Notes: generated by a model not told the origin, from the letters alone. Counted from the first letter of the stretch, positions 16,195 through 31,450 are shown. The stretch: DNA of 64,000 nt from Escherichia coli (GCF_024298765.1 NZ_CP101210.1); one strand, 5' to 3'. Numbers and translations: made by a program.

Positions 16195-17247
16195 TTGAGT
16201 AAAAATAAACTCTCCAAAGGCCAGCAGCGCCGCGTGAACGCCAATCACCAGCGTCGTCTTAAAACGTCTAAGGAGAAGCCCGACTACGACGACAATCTGT
16301 TTGGCGAGCCTGATGAAGGTATCGTCATCAGCCGCTTTGGTATGCACGCTGATGTGGAATCCGCCGATGGCGACGTTCACCGCTGCAATATTCGCCGTAC
16401 CATCCGTTCGTTGGTGACCGGCGACCGCGTAGTCTGGCGTCCGGGTAAACCAGCGGCGGAAGGCGTAAATGTCAAAGGGATCGTGGAAGCGGTGCATGAG
16501 CGCACCTCAGTGTTGACGCGCCCGGATTTTTACGACGGTGTGAAACCTATTGCTGCCAACATCGACCAGATTGTCATTGTCTCCGCCATTTTGCCGGAGC
16601 TGTCGCTCAATATTATCGACCGTTACCTGGTGGCCTGCGAAACCTTGCAGATTGAGCCGATTATTGTGCTCAACAAGATAGACCTGCTGGACGACGAAGG
16701 CATGGAGTTCGTCAACGAGCAGATGGATATCTACCGCAATATCGGTTATCGCGTATTGATGGTTTCCAGTCATACTCAGGATGGGCTGAAACCGCTGGAA
16801 GAGGCGTTGACCGGGCGCATCAGCATTTTTGCCGGGCAGTCTGGCGTTGGCAAATCCAGCCTGCTGAACGCATTGCTGGGTCTGCAAAAAGAGATCCTGA
16901 CCAACGATGTCTCTGACAACTCGGGTCTCGGTCAGCACACCACGACCGCCGCTCGGCTGTATCACTTCCCGCACGGCGGTGATGTGATTGACTCCCCAGG
17001 AGTGCGTGAGTTCGGCCTCTGGCACCTGGAGCCGGAACAAATCACTCAGGGCTTTGTCGAATTCCATGACTACTTAGGTCTGTGTAAATATCGCGATTGC
17101 AAACACGATACCGATCCGGGCTGCGCTATCCGGGAAGCGGTTGAGGAAGGAAAAATCGCGGAAACCCGTTTCGAAAACTATCACCGTATTCTGGAAAGCA
17201 TGGCGCAGGTAAAAACGCGTAAAAACTTTTCTGATACGGATGACTGA
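16195..17247 (+). CDS. rsgA: Ribosome small-subunit biogenesis GTPase RsgA
   Basis: ORF track 361 aa; probable TTG start at 16195 preceded by AGGAG; circularly permuted GTPase motifs ([15 protein letters not shown]); C-terminal Cys cluster. Confidence 0.85.
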
Positions 17248-17343
17248 CAATTAAGCTAACCGTCGTTAGAATCGTCCCCTTTTTTTCAGGATCCGGCATG
17301 TAGGCCGGATCAGGAACGACAAAACAATGGCCTGGAGGCTACC

Positions 17344-18312
17344 TTGTTAAATTCATTTAAACTTTCGCTACAGTACATTCTGCCGAAACTATGGCTTACT
17401 CGCCTGGCGGGTTGGGGCGCAAGCAAGCGGGCAGGATGGCTGACAAAACTGGTTATCGATCTGTTCGTTAAATACTACAAGGTCGATATGAAAGAGGCGC
17501 AAAAGCCGGACACCGCCAGCTACCGCACCTTTAACGAATTCTTTGTCCGTCCGCTGCGTGACGAAGTACGCCCAATCGATACCGATCCGAATGTACTGGT
17601 TATGCCTGCCGATGGCGTTATCAGCCAGTTGGGTAAAATCGAAGAAGATAAAATCCTGCAAGCCAAAGGCCACAACTACAGCCTCGACGCCCTGCTGGCA
17701 GGCAACTATCTGATGGCGGACCTGTTCCGCAACGGTACGTTTGTGACCACTTACCTCTCCCCGCGTGACTACCACCGCGTACACATGCCGTGCAACGGTA
17801 TTCTGCGTGAGATGATCTACGTGCCGGGCGATCTCTTTTCCGTTAACCATCTCACCGCTCAGAACGTGCCGAATCTGTTTGCCCGTAACGAACGCGTGAT
17901 CTGCCTGTTCGATACCGAATTTGGCCCAATGGCGCAGATTCTGGTCGGGGCGACGATTGTAGGCAGCATTGAGACGGTCTGGGCGGGCACCATTACGCCG
18001 CCGCGCGAAGGTATCATCAAGCGCTGGACCTGGCCTGCCGGGGAAAACGACGGTTCTGTGGCACTGCTGAAAGGCCAGGAAATGGGTCGCTTTAAACTCG
18101 GTTCCACCGTTATCAACCTGTTTGCACCGGGTAAAGTGAATCTGGTTGAGCAACTGGAAAGCCTGTCTGTTACGAAAATTGGCCAGCCGCTGGCAGTATC
18201 TACCGAAATCTTTGTTACGCCAGACGCTGAACCCTCCCCGCTTCCTGCTGAAGAGATCGAAGCAGAACACGACGCCAGCCCATTGGTTGACGACAAAAAA
18301 GACCAGGTCTAA
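17344..18312 (+). CDS. psd: Phosphatidylserine decarboxylase proenzyme
   Basis: ORF track 322 aa; LGST self-cleavage motif ([10 protein letters not shown]). Confidence 0.95.
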   Translation: MLNSFKLSLQYILPKLWLTRLAGWGASKRAGWLTKLVIDLFVKYYKVDMKEAQKPDTASYRTFNEFFVRPLRDEVRPIDTDPNVLVMPADGVISQLGKIEEDKILQAKGHNYSLDALLAGNYLMADLFRNGTFVTTYLSPRDYHRVHMPCNGILREMIYVPGDLFSVNHLTAQNVPNLFARNERVICLFDTEFGPMAQILVGATIVGSIETVWAGTITPPREGIIKRWTWPAGENDGSVALLKGQEMGRFKLGSTVINLFAPGKVNLVEQLESLSVTKIGQPLAVSTEIFVTPDAEPSPLPAEEIEAEHDASPLVDDKKDQV

Positions 18313-18333
18313 TCCATCAAAGGAAACGCTGAC

Positions 18334-21300
18334 GTGCGCCTGATTATCACTTTTCTGATGGCCTGGTGCCTCAGTTGGGGGGCGTACGCCGCGACGGCCC
18401 CCGATAGCAAACAAATCTCACAAGAACTGGAGCAGGCAAAAGCGGCGAAACCCGCGCAACCGGAAGTCGTAGAGGCGCTCCAGTCTGCCTTAAATGCGCT
18501 TGAGGAACGGAAAGGTTCCCTTGAGCGCATCAAGCAATATCAAGAAGTCATTGATAATTATCCGAAACTCTCCGCTACTCTGCGCGCGCAATTAAACAAC
18601 ATGCGTGACGAGCCGCGCAGCGTGTCACCGGGAATGTCTACCGACGCGCTGAATCAGGAAATTCTCCAGGTCAGTAGCCAGTTGCTGGATAAAAGCCGTC
18701 AGGCCCAGCAAGAGCAGGAACGCGCCCGCGAGATTGCCGATTCGCTGAATCAACTGCCGCAACAGCAAACCGATGCCCGCCGTCAGTTAAATGAAATCGA
18801 GCGCCGCCTGGGGACGCTTACCGGCAATTCCCCGCTCAATCAGGCACAAAATTTCGCGTTGCAGTCTGACTCCGCACGCCTGAAAGCGCTCGTCGATGAA
18901 CTGGAACTCGCGCAGCTGTCCGCCAATAACCGCCAGGAATTAGCGCGCTTACGCTCAGAGCTGGCGGAAAAAGAGAGCCAGCAACTGGATGCGTATTTGC
19001 AGGCCTTACGTAATCAGTTGAACAGCCAACGTCAGCTTGAGGCGGAGCGGGCGCTGGAAAGTACCGAATTACTGGCAGAAAACAGTGCCGATTTGCCGAA
19101 AGATATCGTCGCGCAATTCAAAATTAACCGCGAACTATCGGCAGCGCTGAATCAACAGGCGCAGCGGATGGATCTCGTTGCCTCGCAACAGCGTCAGGCT
19201 GCCAGCCAGACGTTACAGGTCCGGCAGGCGTTGAATACGCTGCGTGAACAGTCGCAATGGCTGGGATCGTCCAACCTGCTCGGTGAAGCGTTGCGGGCGC
19301 AGGTGGCACGGCTACCGGAAATGCCAAAACCACAACAGCTTGATACCGAAATGGCGCAGTTGCGTGTGCAACGGTTACGTTATGAGGATCTGCTAAATAA
19401 ACAGCCGCTGCTACGGCAAATCCATCAGGCCGACGGTCAGCCGCTGACCGCCGAGCAAAACCGTATTCTGGAAGCACAGCTACGCACTCAGCGTGAGTTG
19501 CTGAACTCATTGTTGCAGGGTGGAGACACGCTACTACTGGAACTGACCAAGCTGAAAGTCTCCAACGGGCAACTGGAGGATGCGCTGAAAGAGGTGAATG
19601 AAGCGACGCACCGCTATCTGTTCTGGACCTCTGACGTGCGCCCGATGACCATCGCCTGGCCGCTGGAAATCGCCCAGGATCTGCGTCGTCTCATTTCGCT
19701 GGACACCTTCAGTCAGTTGGGCAAAGCCAGTGTAATGATGCTGACCAGTAAAGAGACGATTTTGCCGCTGTTTGGCGCGTTGATTCTGGTCGGTTGCAGT
19801 ATTTACTCGCGCCGCTATTTCACCCGTTTTCTTGAACGTTCGGCGGCGAAAGTCGGCAAAGTGACTCAGGATCACTTCTGGCTGACGTTACGCACTCTTT
19901 TCTGGTCGATTCTCGTCGCGTCACCGCTGCCTGTGCTGTGGATGACGCTGGGTTACGGCTTGCGCGAGGCGTGGCCTTATCCGCTGGCGGTCGCGATTGG
20001 TGATGGCGTAACAGCCACCGTGCCGCTGCTGTGGGTAGTGATGATTTGCGCCACCTTTGCCCGCCCGAACGGCTTGTTTATCGCTCATTTTGGCTGGCCG
20101 CGCGAACGGGTTTCCCGTGGGATGCGCTACTACCTGATGAGCATCGGGCTTATTGTGCCGCTGATTATGGCGCTGATGATGTTCGATAACCTCGACGACC
20201 GTGAATTCTCCGGTTCGCTGGGACGGCTTTGCTTTATCCTCATTTGCGGTGCGCTGGCGGTGGTCACTCTCAGTCTGAAAAAGGCCGGGATCCCGCTGTA
20301 TCTCAACAAAGAAGGCAGCGGCGACAACATTACCAACCATATGCTGTGGAACATGATGATTGGCGCACCGCTGGTTGCCATTCTGGCGTCGGCGGTGGGT
20401 TATCTGGCAACGGCGCAGGCGCTGTTAGCGAGGCTTGAAACCTCGGTTGCCATCTGGTTCTTGCTACTGGTGGTTTATCACGTTATCCGCCGCTGGATGC
20501 TGATCCAGCGCCGCAGGCTGGCGTTTGACCGGGCGAAGCATCGCCGGGCAGAGATGTTAGCGCAGCGTGCGCGTGGCGAAGAGGAAGCGCATCATCACAG
20601 TAGCCCGGAAGGAGCAATTGAAGTCGATGAAAGCGAAGTCGATCTCGATGCCATCAGTGCGCAATCCTTGCGGCTGGTGCGCTCAATTTTGATGTTGATC
20701 GCCCTGCTTTCGGTCATTGTGCTGTGGTCAGAAATCCATTCCGCTTTCGGCTTCCTCGAAAATATTTCGCTGTGGGATGTCACTTCCACGGTACAGGGCG
20801 TAGAAAGCCTGGAGCCGATTACCCTCGGTGCGGTGCTGATTGCCATTCTGGTGTTTATCATCACCACGCAGCTGGTGCGCAACCTGCCCGCGCTGCTGGA
20901 ACTGGCGATTCTGCAGCACCTGGATTTAACGCCGGGTACGGGCTACGCCATCACCACCATCACCAAATATCTGCTGATGCTGATTGGCGGGCTGGTCGGC
21001 TTCTCGATGATTGGTATTGAGTGGTCGAAATTGCAGTGGCTGGTCGCCGCGCTCGGTGTTGGTCTCGGTTTTGGTTTGCAGGAAATTTTCGCCAACTTTA
21101 TCTCTGGCCTGATTATCCTGTTCGAAAAACCGATTCGCATTGGCGATACGGTAACGATCCGCGATCTTACCGGTAGTGTGACGAAAATTAACACCCGCGC
21201 CACCACCATCAGCGACTGGGACCGCAAAGAAATTATCGTGCCGAACAAGGCGTTTATTACCGAGCAGTTTATCAACTGGTCGCTCTCTGACTCGGTCACG

Positions 21301-21657
21301 CGCGTGGTGTTGACGATTCCGGCCCCTGCCGATGCCAACAGTGAAGAAGTGACGGAAATCCTGCTCACCGCAGCGCGTCGCTGCTCGCTGGTGATCGACA
21401 ACCCGGCGCCGGAAGTCTTCCTGGTGGATCTGCAACAGGGGATTCAAATTTTCGAGCTGCGTATTTACGCCGCTGAGATGGGTCACCGTATGCCACTACG
21501 CCATGAGATTCACCAGCTAATTCTGGCAGGATTCCATGCCCACGGTATCGATATGCCATTCCCGCCCTTCCAGATGCGTCTGGAAAGCCTGAATGGTAAA
21601 CAAACGGGGAGAACATTAACTTCTGCGGGCAAAGGTCGTCAGGCGGGAAGTTTGTAA
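18334..21657 (+). CDS. mscM: Miniconductance mechanosensitive channel MscM (MscS family)
   Basis: ORF track 1107 aa; signal peptide, long coiled-coil periplasmic region, multi-TM region and C-terminal MscS domain. Confidence 0.9.
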   Translation: MRLIITFLMAWCLSWGAYAATAPDSKQISQELEQAKAAKPAQPEVVEALQSALNALEERKGSLERIKQYQEVIDNYPKLSATLRAQLNNMRDEPRSVSPGMSTDALNQEILQVSSQLLDKSRQAQQEQERAREIADSLNQLPQQQTDARRQLNEIERRLGTLTGNSPLNQAQNFALQSDSARLKALVDELELAQLSANNRQELARLRSELAEKESQQLDAYLQALRNQLNSQRQLEAERALESTELLAENSADLPKDIVAQFKINRELSAALNQQAQRMDLVASQQRQAASQTLQVRQALNTLREQSQWLGSSNLLGEALRAQVARLPEMPKPQQLDTEMAQLRVQRLRYEDLLNKQPLLRQIHQADGQPLTAEQNRILEAQLRTQRELLNSLLQGGDTLLLELTKLKVSNGQLEDALKEVNEATHRYLFWTSDVRPMTIAWPLEIAQDLRRLISLDTFSQLGKASVMMLTSKETILPLFGALILVGCSIYSRRYFTRFLERSAAKVGKVTQDHFWLTLRTLFWSILVASPLPVLWMTLGYGLREAWPYPLAVAIGDGVTATVPLLWVVMICATFARPNGLFIAHFGWPRERVSRGMRYYLMSIGLIVPLIMALMMFDNLDDREFSGSLGRLCFILICGALAVVTLSLKKAGIPLYLNKEGSGDNITNHMLWNMMIGAPLVAILASAVGYLATAQALLARLETSVAIWFLLLVVYHVIRRWMLIQRRRLAFDRAKHRRAEMLAQRARGEEEAHHHSSPEGAIEVDESEVDLDAISAQSLRLVRSILMLIALLSVIVLWSEIHSAFGFLENISLWDVTSTVQGVESLEPITLGAVLIAILVFIITTQLVRNLPALLELAILQHLDLTPGTGYAITTITKYLLMLIGGLVGFSMIGIEWSKLQWLVAALGVGLGFGLQEIFANFISGLIILFEKPIRIGDTVTIRDLTGSVTKINTRATTISDWDRKEIIVPNKAFITEQFINWSLSDSVTRVVLTIPAPADANSEEVTEILLTAARRCSLVIDNPAPEVFLVDLQQGIQIFELRIYAAEMGHRMPLRHEIHQLILAGFHAHGIDMPFPPFQMRLESLNGKQTGRTLTSAGKGRQAGSL

Positions 21658-21687
21658 GGTCTTTGTGGCCGGATGAACCCATCCGGC

Positions 21688-22002
21688 TTATAAGCAAAAC
21701 TGATAGCGCAGAAAAAACTGCCACAGCCAATAGCCGAAAATAGCCAGCGCGGTGGCGTACATAAACCAGCCGCGTTTTTTTCGCCACAAAGCGAACCAGA
21801 GAAAAGGGAAAAAGAGCGGTAACGTCATTATCACACCGACATCACGGGTATCGTCATCTTCGAGATACATCAGCACATCGCAGACGTTATTAATCCCGCG
21901 TCCATCAATCATCCACTCTTTGTCCAGCGCGGAAGTGATGGTTATCCAGAGGAACGCCACAATAAACCAGATGCAGCACAAGATAAACATGCGCGCACTC
22001 AT
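21688..22002 (-). CDS. yjeO: Inner membrane protein YjeO
   Basis: ORF track 104 aa, hydrophobic; conserved position. Confidence 0.75.
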   Translation of the reverse strand: MSARMFILCCIWFIVAFLWITITSALDKEWMIDGRGINNVCDVLMYLEDDDTRDVGVIMTLPLFFPFLWFALWRKKRGWFMYATALAIFGYWLWQFFLRYQFCL

Positions 22003-22313
22003 GAGATAATCGGTCGCTTAATTTCGCTATAGCGCATACGAAACAAATCGCCGTATCCCACTAATTCTCCGCGAAAAACCAGACATCTAATAAGATAAGC
22101 GCAATAGATATCCGGCAGGTTTCCCCACCGCGGACCATCGCGCTCTTTGAGGGTATTAATAGTGTTACCCACCACCATCGCTACTTTGCGGGTGTGGCGG
22201 GTATCGACAAAAGAGAGGACCGTTTGCTCTATTTCCGCCACATCCCCGGCAGAAAATTGCAGCTCCCTGATTTCATCTTCGGTTATCACTGGATCCCGAC
22301 TAGCGTCGTCCAT
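21999..22313 (-). CDS. yjeN: Uncharacterised protein YjeN
   Basis: ORF track 111 aa; start choice uncertain; conserved position. Confidence 0.65.
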   Translation of the reverse strand: MDDASRDPVITEDEIRELQFSAGDVAEIEQTVLSFVDTRHTRKVAMVVGNTINTLKERDGPRWGNLPDIYCAYLIRCLVFRGELVGYGDLFRMRYSEIKRPIIS

Positions 22314-22375
22314 AACGTCTTCCTTTCCAGACAACTCATCGCCGGAGAGACGATGAGTTGCAGGATTTCATATGA

Positions 22376-23878
22376 TCAGTCGAGAGCTAACTCAGGTTTG
22401 TTCGCCATGCGACTGCAATAGTTCTGGTAAATCGCCATCGCTAACAGCGAGAAGAAGACAGGGCCGCCAATCATCCACAATGTGCTGTCCCAGTCTCCAG
22501 CTTCAACCACAGGTTGAATGATGGTGAAGACGTTCGCAAATGTCACCACCAGTACGACAACCACTGTTGCAATCATTGCCGACATATGCGTTTTGAAAAT
22601 CACAAACGGTCTGTCGAGATCCTGACGTGCTTTAAAGAATGGGAAAGCCAGCGCGAGGAACAGGTAAGGAAGCGTCATAGACACGTTCGCCATCAGCGTC
22701 AGCTTGTTAAAGAACGCCGATGCGGTACCGCCACCAAACGAAACCAGCAGGATGAAGACAGTAACCAACCCGCACTGCATCCACATGGCGATAGACGGCA
22801 TCCCCATCGCATTCAGGCGCGTCATCGGTTCCGGCCACAACGCTTTCGGCGTCCCCTGGATGATGGCTTTCAGCGGTGAATAGCAAAGCGTAAAGAACGC
22901 ACCGGTATAAGCGAGGAACATCGAAAGTCCGGTAATACGCGCAAACCATACGCCCAGCGACAATGACGCTTCAGGTGACAAATGCAGTGCGTTACCCAGC
23001 GTCACCCCGAGGCTCTTCATCAGCACATAGGTAATATTGCCGAGGTTAACGGAACCATTACTTAATACCTGCTGCCAGTTTGTGCTGACGCCCCATAAAA
23101 ATATTGCCAGCGAATAACCGATTGAAATAACAATAGCGGCAAAAACAATACCTTTGGCAAAGTTCTTTTCTGGATTTTCCGTTTTATCGACCAGACCACC
23201 AACCGCTTCAATTCCACCATAGGCAAAAATAGCAAATACCACAAACGATAGCATTGCCAGACCGGACTGATAACCTGGGTTCGGTGATGCAAGGAAATTA
23301 ATATCCTGCGCGAAATGCCCACCATTTAATAACAAAATAGTAATGCTTACTAACAGCAATACTAAATTCAGACACATTACTGCAATACCGCCCACCGCAG
23401 TAATGCGGGCAATTTTATTAATCCCTTTTGAAGCAACGACGGTGACCAGAATCATCCATGCCACTGCCAGCAGACCAACCACCTGCGTAGGCTCCAGTCC
23501 GGCAATACGCCAGTGCTGGGTCATGTCGCTACCATAGAGGAATGTTGAGAACGGTACCCAAACTTTCGCGGAGGTACTCACCATCCAGATGATATAAGAG
23601 GAAAACCACATAAACGTACCAATGAAGGCAAAACGTGGTCCGACACTATTATTCATCCAGGAATAGATACCGCCTTCTTCTTTGCGATAAGCAGCTCCCA
23701 TTTCAGCCATCATTAAGGCGAATGGAATAAAGAATAACAATGCAGAAAATATATAAAAGGGAATCGCACTATAACCCATTAAGTAATAAGCCGATGGGCT
23801 ATTGGCAAATCCAAATACGGAAGTAAAGATCATCAATATGAGTCCTATCAGACTCATCTTTTTTATCGAGTGAGGCAT
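22376..23878 (-). CDS. yjeM: APC-superfamily amino-acid transporter YjeM
   Basis: ORF track 514 aa, multi-TM; start trimmed to MPHSIKKMSL. Confidence 0.85.
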   Translation of the reverse strand: MPHSIKKMSLIGLILMIFTSVFGFANSPSAYYLMGYSAIPFYIFSALLFFIPFALMMAEMGAAYRKEEGGIYSWMNNSVGPRFAFIGTFMWFSSYIIWMVSTSAKVWVPFSTFLYGSDMTQHWRIAGLEPTQVVGLLAVAWMILVTVVASKGINKIARITAVGGIAVMCLNLVLLLVSITILLLNGGHFAQDINFLASPNPGYQSGLAMLSFVVFAIFAYGGIEAVGGLVDKTENPEKNFAKGIVFAAIVISIGYSLAIFLWGVSTNWQQVLSNGSVNLGNITYVLMKSLGVTLGNALHLSPEASLSLGVWFARITGLSMFLAYTGAFFTLCYSPLKAIIQGTPKALWPEPMTRLNAMGMPSIAMWMQCGLVTVFILLVSFGGGTASAFFNKLTLMANVSMTLPYLFLALAFPFFKARQDLDRPFVIFKTHMSAMIATVVVVLVVTFANVFTIIQPVVEAGDWDSTLWMIGGPVFFSLLAMAIYQNYCSRMANKPELALD

Positions 23879-24096
23879 GAAACCATCCTTCATTTCAGCG
23901 CGTGTATAAAACGCGCCCACTGAACTGCACTGCCCAACATTGAGCGGGCAGCGTAAAAACCAATACAGAATTGATACCTGGATGATATCAAATATCCAGT
24001 CTTAAATTGTGGCCTTTAGCGGAAAAATGAAAACATATGCTACAGAATGGCGCTTATCACGCCATTCTTCGCGGTTAATTCAGTAATTTTTCAGAA

Positions 24097-25074
24097 TTAT
24101 GCCCGGTCAACGCTAAAGGCGATGACTTCAGCCAGTGTCTCCGCGCCCAGCGCCAACATCACCAGACGATCAACGCCTAATGCCACGCCGGAACAGTCAG
24201 GCATACCGACTTTCAAGGCTTCAATCAGATTCTGGTCAATGGGGTGCTGCGGCAAACCGCGCGCCGCGCGCTTACGGTTATCTTGTTCAAAGCGTTGTTG
24301 CTGCTCACGGGCATCCGTCAATTCATGGAAACCATTCGCCAGCTCAATACCTTTATAATAAACCTCAAAGCGTTCAGCGACCCGATGATCTTCGGTACTG
24401 ATTTGCGCCAGTGATGCCTGGCTGGCTGGAAAGTGGTACACAAAGGTCGGTTTTTCTTTGCCAATATTTGGCTCTACGCCAAAGGTAAACAGCAATTGTA
24501 GAAGCGTGTCGCGGTCTTCTTCAGTATCGGCAACGTTGCTCAAATCCAGTTTCGCTGCCACTTCCCGCAGTTGCGTTTTGTCGGCAGAGAGTGGGTCAAT
24601 TTCCAGATAACGCAAGAAAGCTTGTTGATAAGAAAGGCTTTCTGCTGCCGGACAGTCCAGCACCTGTTGCAAGAGATCGTCCACCTCGTTCATCAACCGG
24701 TACATATCATAGTGCGGTCGATACCACTCAAGCATAGTGAACTCAGGGTTGTGATAACGCCCCATCTCTTCATTACGGAAGCTGCGGCACAGCTGGAATA
24801 CCGGCCCACAACCAGCAACCAGCAGGCGTTTCATATGGTATTCCGGGCTGGTCATTAACCAGAGATTCATCCCCTGCGAATGCCCGGGGCCTACGAAACG
24901 TGTCTCAAACGGGACCAAATGAATATCGGTTACCGTCGCCTGGCTCATACAAGGCGTCTCCACCTCCAGCACTCCACGATCGGCAAAGAAACGACGGATC
25001 TCCGCCATAATCGCCGCGCGTTTTAATAAGTTAGGAATGGATGCGCTCGGCTGCCAGGATGCCGTTTCGCTCAT
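24097..25074 (-). CDS. epmA: EF-P lysyl-lysine ligase EpmA (PoxA), class II aaRS paralogue
   Basis: ORF track 340 aa trimmed to [10 protein letters not shown]; LysRS-like catalytic core. Confidence 0.9.
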   Translation of the reverse strand: MSETASWQPSASIPNLLKRAAIMAEIRRFFADRGVLEVETPCMSQATVTDIHLVPFETRFVGPGHSQGMNLWLMTSPEYHMKRLLVAGCGPVFQLCRSFRNEEMGRYHNPEFTMLEWYRPHYDMYRLMNEVDDLLQQVLDCPAAESLSYQQAFLRYLEIDPLSADKTQLREVAAKLDLSNVADTEEDRDTLLQLLFTFGVEPNIGKEKPTFVYHFPASQASLAQISTEDHRVAERFEVYYKGIELANGFHELTDAREQQQRFEQDNRKRAARGLPQHPIDQNLIEALKVGMPDCSGVALGVDRLVMLALGAETLAEVIAFSVDRA

Positions 25075-25245
25075 AGTTAAATCTCCAGTTTTTGACAAGG
25101 GCACGAAGTCTACTCGCAACGCGACGGCGAGACAAATTTTACGCAGGAATCAAACAAGGGTGGGCAGTGACTAAAAAAAGCACGATCTGATGGTTTAGTA
25201 ATTAAATTAATCATCTTCAGTGATAATTTAGCCCTCTTGCGCACT

Positions 25246-25293
25246 AAAAAAATCGATCTCGTCAAATTTCAGACTTATCCATCAGACTATACT
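25246..25293 (+). promoter_or_regulatory. frdABCD promoter with FNR-type site
   Basis: AAAAAATCGATCTCGTCAAATTT (TCGAT-N4-GTCAA-like half sites) centred about 30 bp upstream of TATACT at 25288..25293; matches my recollection of the class II FNR-activated frd promoter. Confidence 0.55.
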
Positions 25294-25398
25294 GTTGTAC
25301 CTATAAAGGAGCAGTGGAATAGCGTTCGCAGACCGTAACTTTCAGGCACTTACCCTGAAGTACGGGGCTGTGGGATAAAAACAATCTGGAGGAATGTC

Positions 25399-27199
25399 GT
25401 GCAAACCTTTCAAGCCGATCTTGCCATTGTAGGCGCCGGTGGCGCGGGATTACGTGCTGCAATTGCTGCCGCGCAGGCAAATCCAAATGCAAAAATCGCA
25501 CTAATCTCAAAAGTATACCCGATGCGTAGCCATACCGTTGCTGCAGAAGGGGGCTCCGCCGCTGTCGCGCAGGATCATGACAGCTTCGAATATCACTTTC
25601 ACGATACAGTAGCGGGTGGCGACTGGTTGTGTGAGCAGGATGTCGTGGATTATTTCGTCCACCACTGCCCAACCGAAATGACCCAACTGGAACTGTGGGG
25701 GTGCCCATGGAGCCGTCGCCCGGATGGTAGCGTCAACGTACGTCGCTTCGGCGGCATGAAAATCGAGCGCACCTGGTTCGCCGCCGATAAGACCGGCTTC
25801 CATATGCTGCACACGCTGTTCCAGACCTCTCTGCAATTCCCGCAGATCCAGCGTTTTGACGAACATTTCGTGCTGGATATTCTGGTTGATGATGGTCATG
25901 TTCGCGGCCTGGTAGCAATGAACATGATGGAAGGCACGCTGGTGCAGATCCGTGCTAACGCGGTCGTTATGGCTACCGGCGGTGCGGGTCGCGTTTATCG
26001 TTACAACACCAACGGCGGCATCGTTACCGGTGACGGTATGGGTATGGCGCTAAGCCACGGCGTTCCGCTGCGTGACATGGAATTCGTTCAGTATCACCCA
26101 ACCGGTCTGCCCGGTTCCGGTATCCTGATGACAGAAGGCTGCCGCGGTGAAGGTGGTATTCTGGTCAACAAAAATGGCTACCGTTATCTGCAAGATTACG
26201 GCATGGGCCCGGAAACTCCGCTGGGCGAGCCGAAAAACAAATATATGGAACTGGGTCCACGCGACAAAGTTTCTCAGGCCTTCTGGCACGAATGGCGTAA
26301 AGGCAACACCATCTCCACGCCACGTGGCGATGTGGTTTATCTCGACCTGCGTCACCTCGGCGAGAAAAAACTGCATGAACGTCTGCCGTTCATCTGCGAA
26401 CTGGCGAAAGCGTACGTTGGCGTCGATCCGGTTAAAGAACCGATTCCGGTACGTCCGACCGCACACTACACCATGGGCGGTATCGAAACCGATCAGAACT
26501 GTGAAACCCGCATTAAAGGTCTGTTCGCCGTGGGTGAATGTTCCTCTGTTGGTCTGCACGGTGCGAACCGTCTGGGCTCCAACTCGCTGGCGGAACTGGT
26601 GGTCTTCGGTCGTCTGGCCGGTGAGCAAGCTATGGAACGCGCATCTACTGCCGGTAATGGCAACGATGCAGCAATCAATGCTCAGGTTGCTGGCGTTGAA
26701 CAGCGCCTGAAAGATCTGGTTAACCAGGATGGCGGCGAAAACTGGGCTAAGATCCGCGACGAAATGGGCATGGCCATGGAAGAAGGCTGCGGTATCTACC
26801 GTACGCCGGAACTGATGCAGAAAACCATCGACAAGCTGGCAGAGCTGCAGGAACGCTTCAAGCGCGTGCGCATCACCGACACTTCCAGCGTGTTCAACAC
26901 CGACCTGCTCTACACCATTGAGCTGGGCCACGGTCTGAACGTTGCTGAATGTATGGCGCACTCCGCAATGGCACGTAAAGAGTCCCGCGGCGCGCACCAG
27001 CGTCTGGACGAAGGTTGCACCGAGCGTGACGACGTCAACTTCCTCAAACACACCCTCGCCTTCCGCGATGCTGATGGCACAACTCGCCTGGAGTACAGCG
27101 ACGTGAAGATTACTACGCTGCCGCCAGCTAAACGTGTTTACGGTGGCGAAGCGGATGCAGCCGATAAGGCGGAAGCAGCCAATAAGAAGGAGAAGGCGA

Positions 27200-27207
<8 letters not shown>
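25399..27207 (+). CDS. frdA: Fumarate reductase flavoprotein subunit
   Basis: ORF track 602 aa; GTG start after GGAGGA; FAD-binding GAGGAG motif. Confidence 0.95.
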
Positions 27208-28340
<1,133 letters not shown>

Positions 28341-28350
28341 GGAGCCTGAG

Positions 28351-29906
<1,556 letters not shown>

Positions 29907-29994
29907 AATTTCATCGGGTCCGAATTTTTGGACCTTTTCTCCGCTTTTCCTTGCTGTCATCTACACTTAGAAAAAAACCAGTAAGGAAACATTT

Positions 29995-30528
29995 ATGCGC
30001 CTGCTCCCTCTCGTTGCCGCAGCGACAGCTGCATTTCTGGTCGTTGCCTGCAGTTCCCCTACGCCGCCGCGTGGCGTGACCGTAGTGAATAATTTCGACG
30101 CTAAACGTTATCTCGGTACCTGGTATGAGATTGCCCGTTTTGATCACCGCTTTGAACGTGGACTGGAAAAAGTCACCGCAACATACAGCCTGCGTGATGA
30201 CGGCGGCCTGAATGTCATTAATAAAGGCTATAACCCTGACAGAGAAATGTGGCAGCAGAGTGAAGGGAAAGCGTACTTTACCGGAGCACCAACTCGCGCT
30301 GCGCTGAAAGTGTCATTCTTTGGTCCTTTCTATGGCGGTTATAACGTTATTGCACTCGATCGGGAATACCGCCATGCGCTGGTTTGCGGCCCGGACCGCG
30401 ACTACCTGTGGATACTCTCCCGCACGCCAACCATTTCTGACGAAGTGAAACAGGAGATGCTGGCAGTCGCGACCCGGGAAGGGTTTGATGTCAGTAAGTT
30501 TATTTGGGTACAGCAGCCCGGTAGTTAG
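29995..30528 (+). CDS. blc: Outer-membrane lipocalin Blc
   Basis: ORF track 177 aa; lipobox LVVACSS; lipocalin fold motifs. Confidence 0.9.
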   Translation: MRLLPLVAAATAAFLVVACSSPTPPRGVTVVNNFDAKRYLGTWYEIARFDHRFERGLEKVTATYSLRDDGGLNVINKGYNPDREMWQQSEGKAYFTGAPTRAALKVSFFGPFYGGYNVIALDREYRHALVCGPDRDYLWILSRTPTISDEVKQEMLAVATREGFDVSKFIWVQQPGS

Positions 30529-30842
30529 TGAGTGCTGAGTTTCAGACCAATAATCCCCAATACGATTAACGCCAGACTCGCCAGGCGCATCGGATTAGCG
30601 GACTCACCGAGCAGCACAATACCGGTGATGGCCGCGCCGACTGCGCCAATACCCGTCCACACGGCATAAGCCGTCCCTACTGGTAACGATTTCATCGCCC
30701 AGGCAAGTAGCGCCATACTGACAATCATCGCCGTCACAGTAATAACACTTGGCGTCAAACGACTAAAACCGTGGGTATATTTCAGGCCAACGGCCCATAC
30801 CACTTCCAGCAGGCCAGCAATAACTAAGATAATCCAGGACAT
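30525..30842 (-). CDS. gdx: SMR-family guanidinium exporter Gdx (SugE)
   Basis: ORF trimmed to [22 protein letters not shown] (105 aa), 4-TM SMR; convergent 4-nt overlap with blc. Confidence 0.88.
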   Translation of the reverse strand: MSWIILVIAGLLEVVWAVGLKYTHGFSRLTPSVITVTAMIVSMALLAWAMKSLPVGTAYAVWTGIGAVGAAITGIVLLGESANPMRLASLALIVLGIIGLKLSTH

Positions 30843-31045
30843 ATCAGGCTCCGGAGAATTGGGGCCGTCCCCGGTGAAAAGAGGCGTTTGCAGGTCGTCC
30901 TGCAAAGCTGATGGTTGAACGGGTATTTTGCCAGGTGGCAGGGGAATTTCAACTATTACCTTAGTGACTATCGCAAAAAAACAAACGGCACGACACAGCT
31001 GTCGTACCGTTATTGCTTATTGCTGTGCTTTTGTTGCTGCACCAG

Positions 31046-31192
31046 AAATCGCGTTACCGCCATCAGAGATATCTTCACCAACGCCACGCGTGGTGTTGCA
31101 GGCAGTTAATACTGTTGAAAGCACCAGAACAGAAAAGATCGCTGCAATTGTCTTCTTCACCATAACGTCTTCCTTTTAGGTAATGTTATTTA
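31046..31192 (-). CDS. ecnB: Entericidin B lipoprotein
   Basis: Manually translated 48-aa lipoprotein [48 protein letters not shown]; not in ORF track (below length cutoff). Confidence 0.85.
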
Positions 31193-31273
31193 TGTTTGCC
31201 TATAGCAAATTAATAATAGACAACATCGCCAAAAATGACGGAAATCTGATGATTTTTCGGAAGAGAAGAAAAA

Positions 31274-31399
31274 TTAGCTGGCAGCGCGGGAAATGGAGTT
31301 GCCGAGATGTTTGATGTCTTCGCCGAAACCGCGAGCGGTGTTACAGCCCGTGAGCAGCGTGCTGGCAAGCAAAACAAGAACGATAAGGCGTTTCATCAT
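31274..31399 (-). CDS. ecnA: Entericidin A lipoprotein
   Basis: Manually translated 41-aa lipoprotein [41 protein letters not shown]. Confidence 0.85.
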   Translation of the reverse strand: MMKRLIVLVLLASTLLTGCNTARGFGEDIKHLGNSISRAAS

Positions 31400-31450
31400 C
31401 TCTGACCAGAATAAGTGATGGTGCAGCCTGCAGGCCGCACCACAACCGTA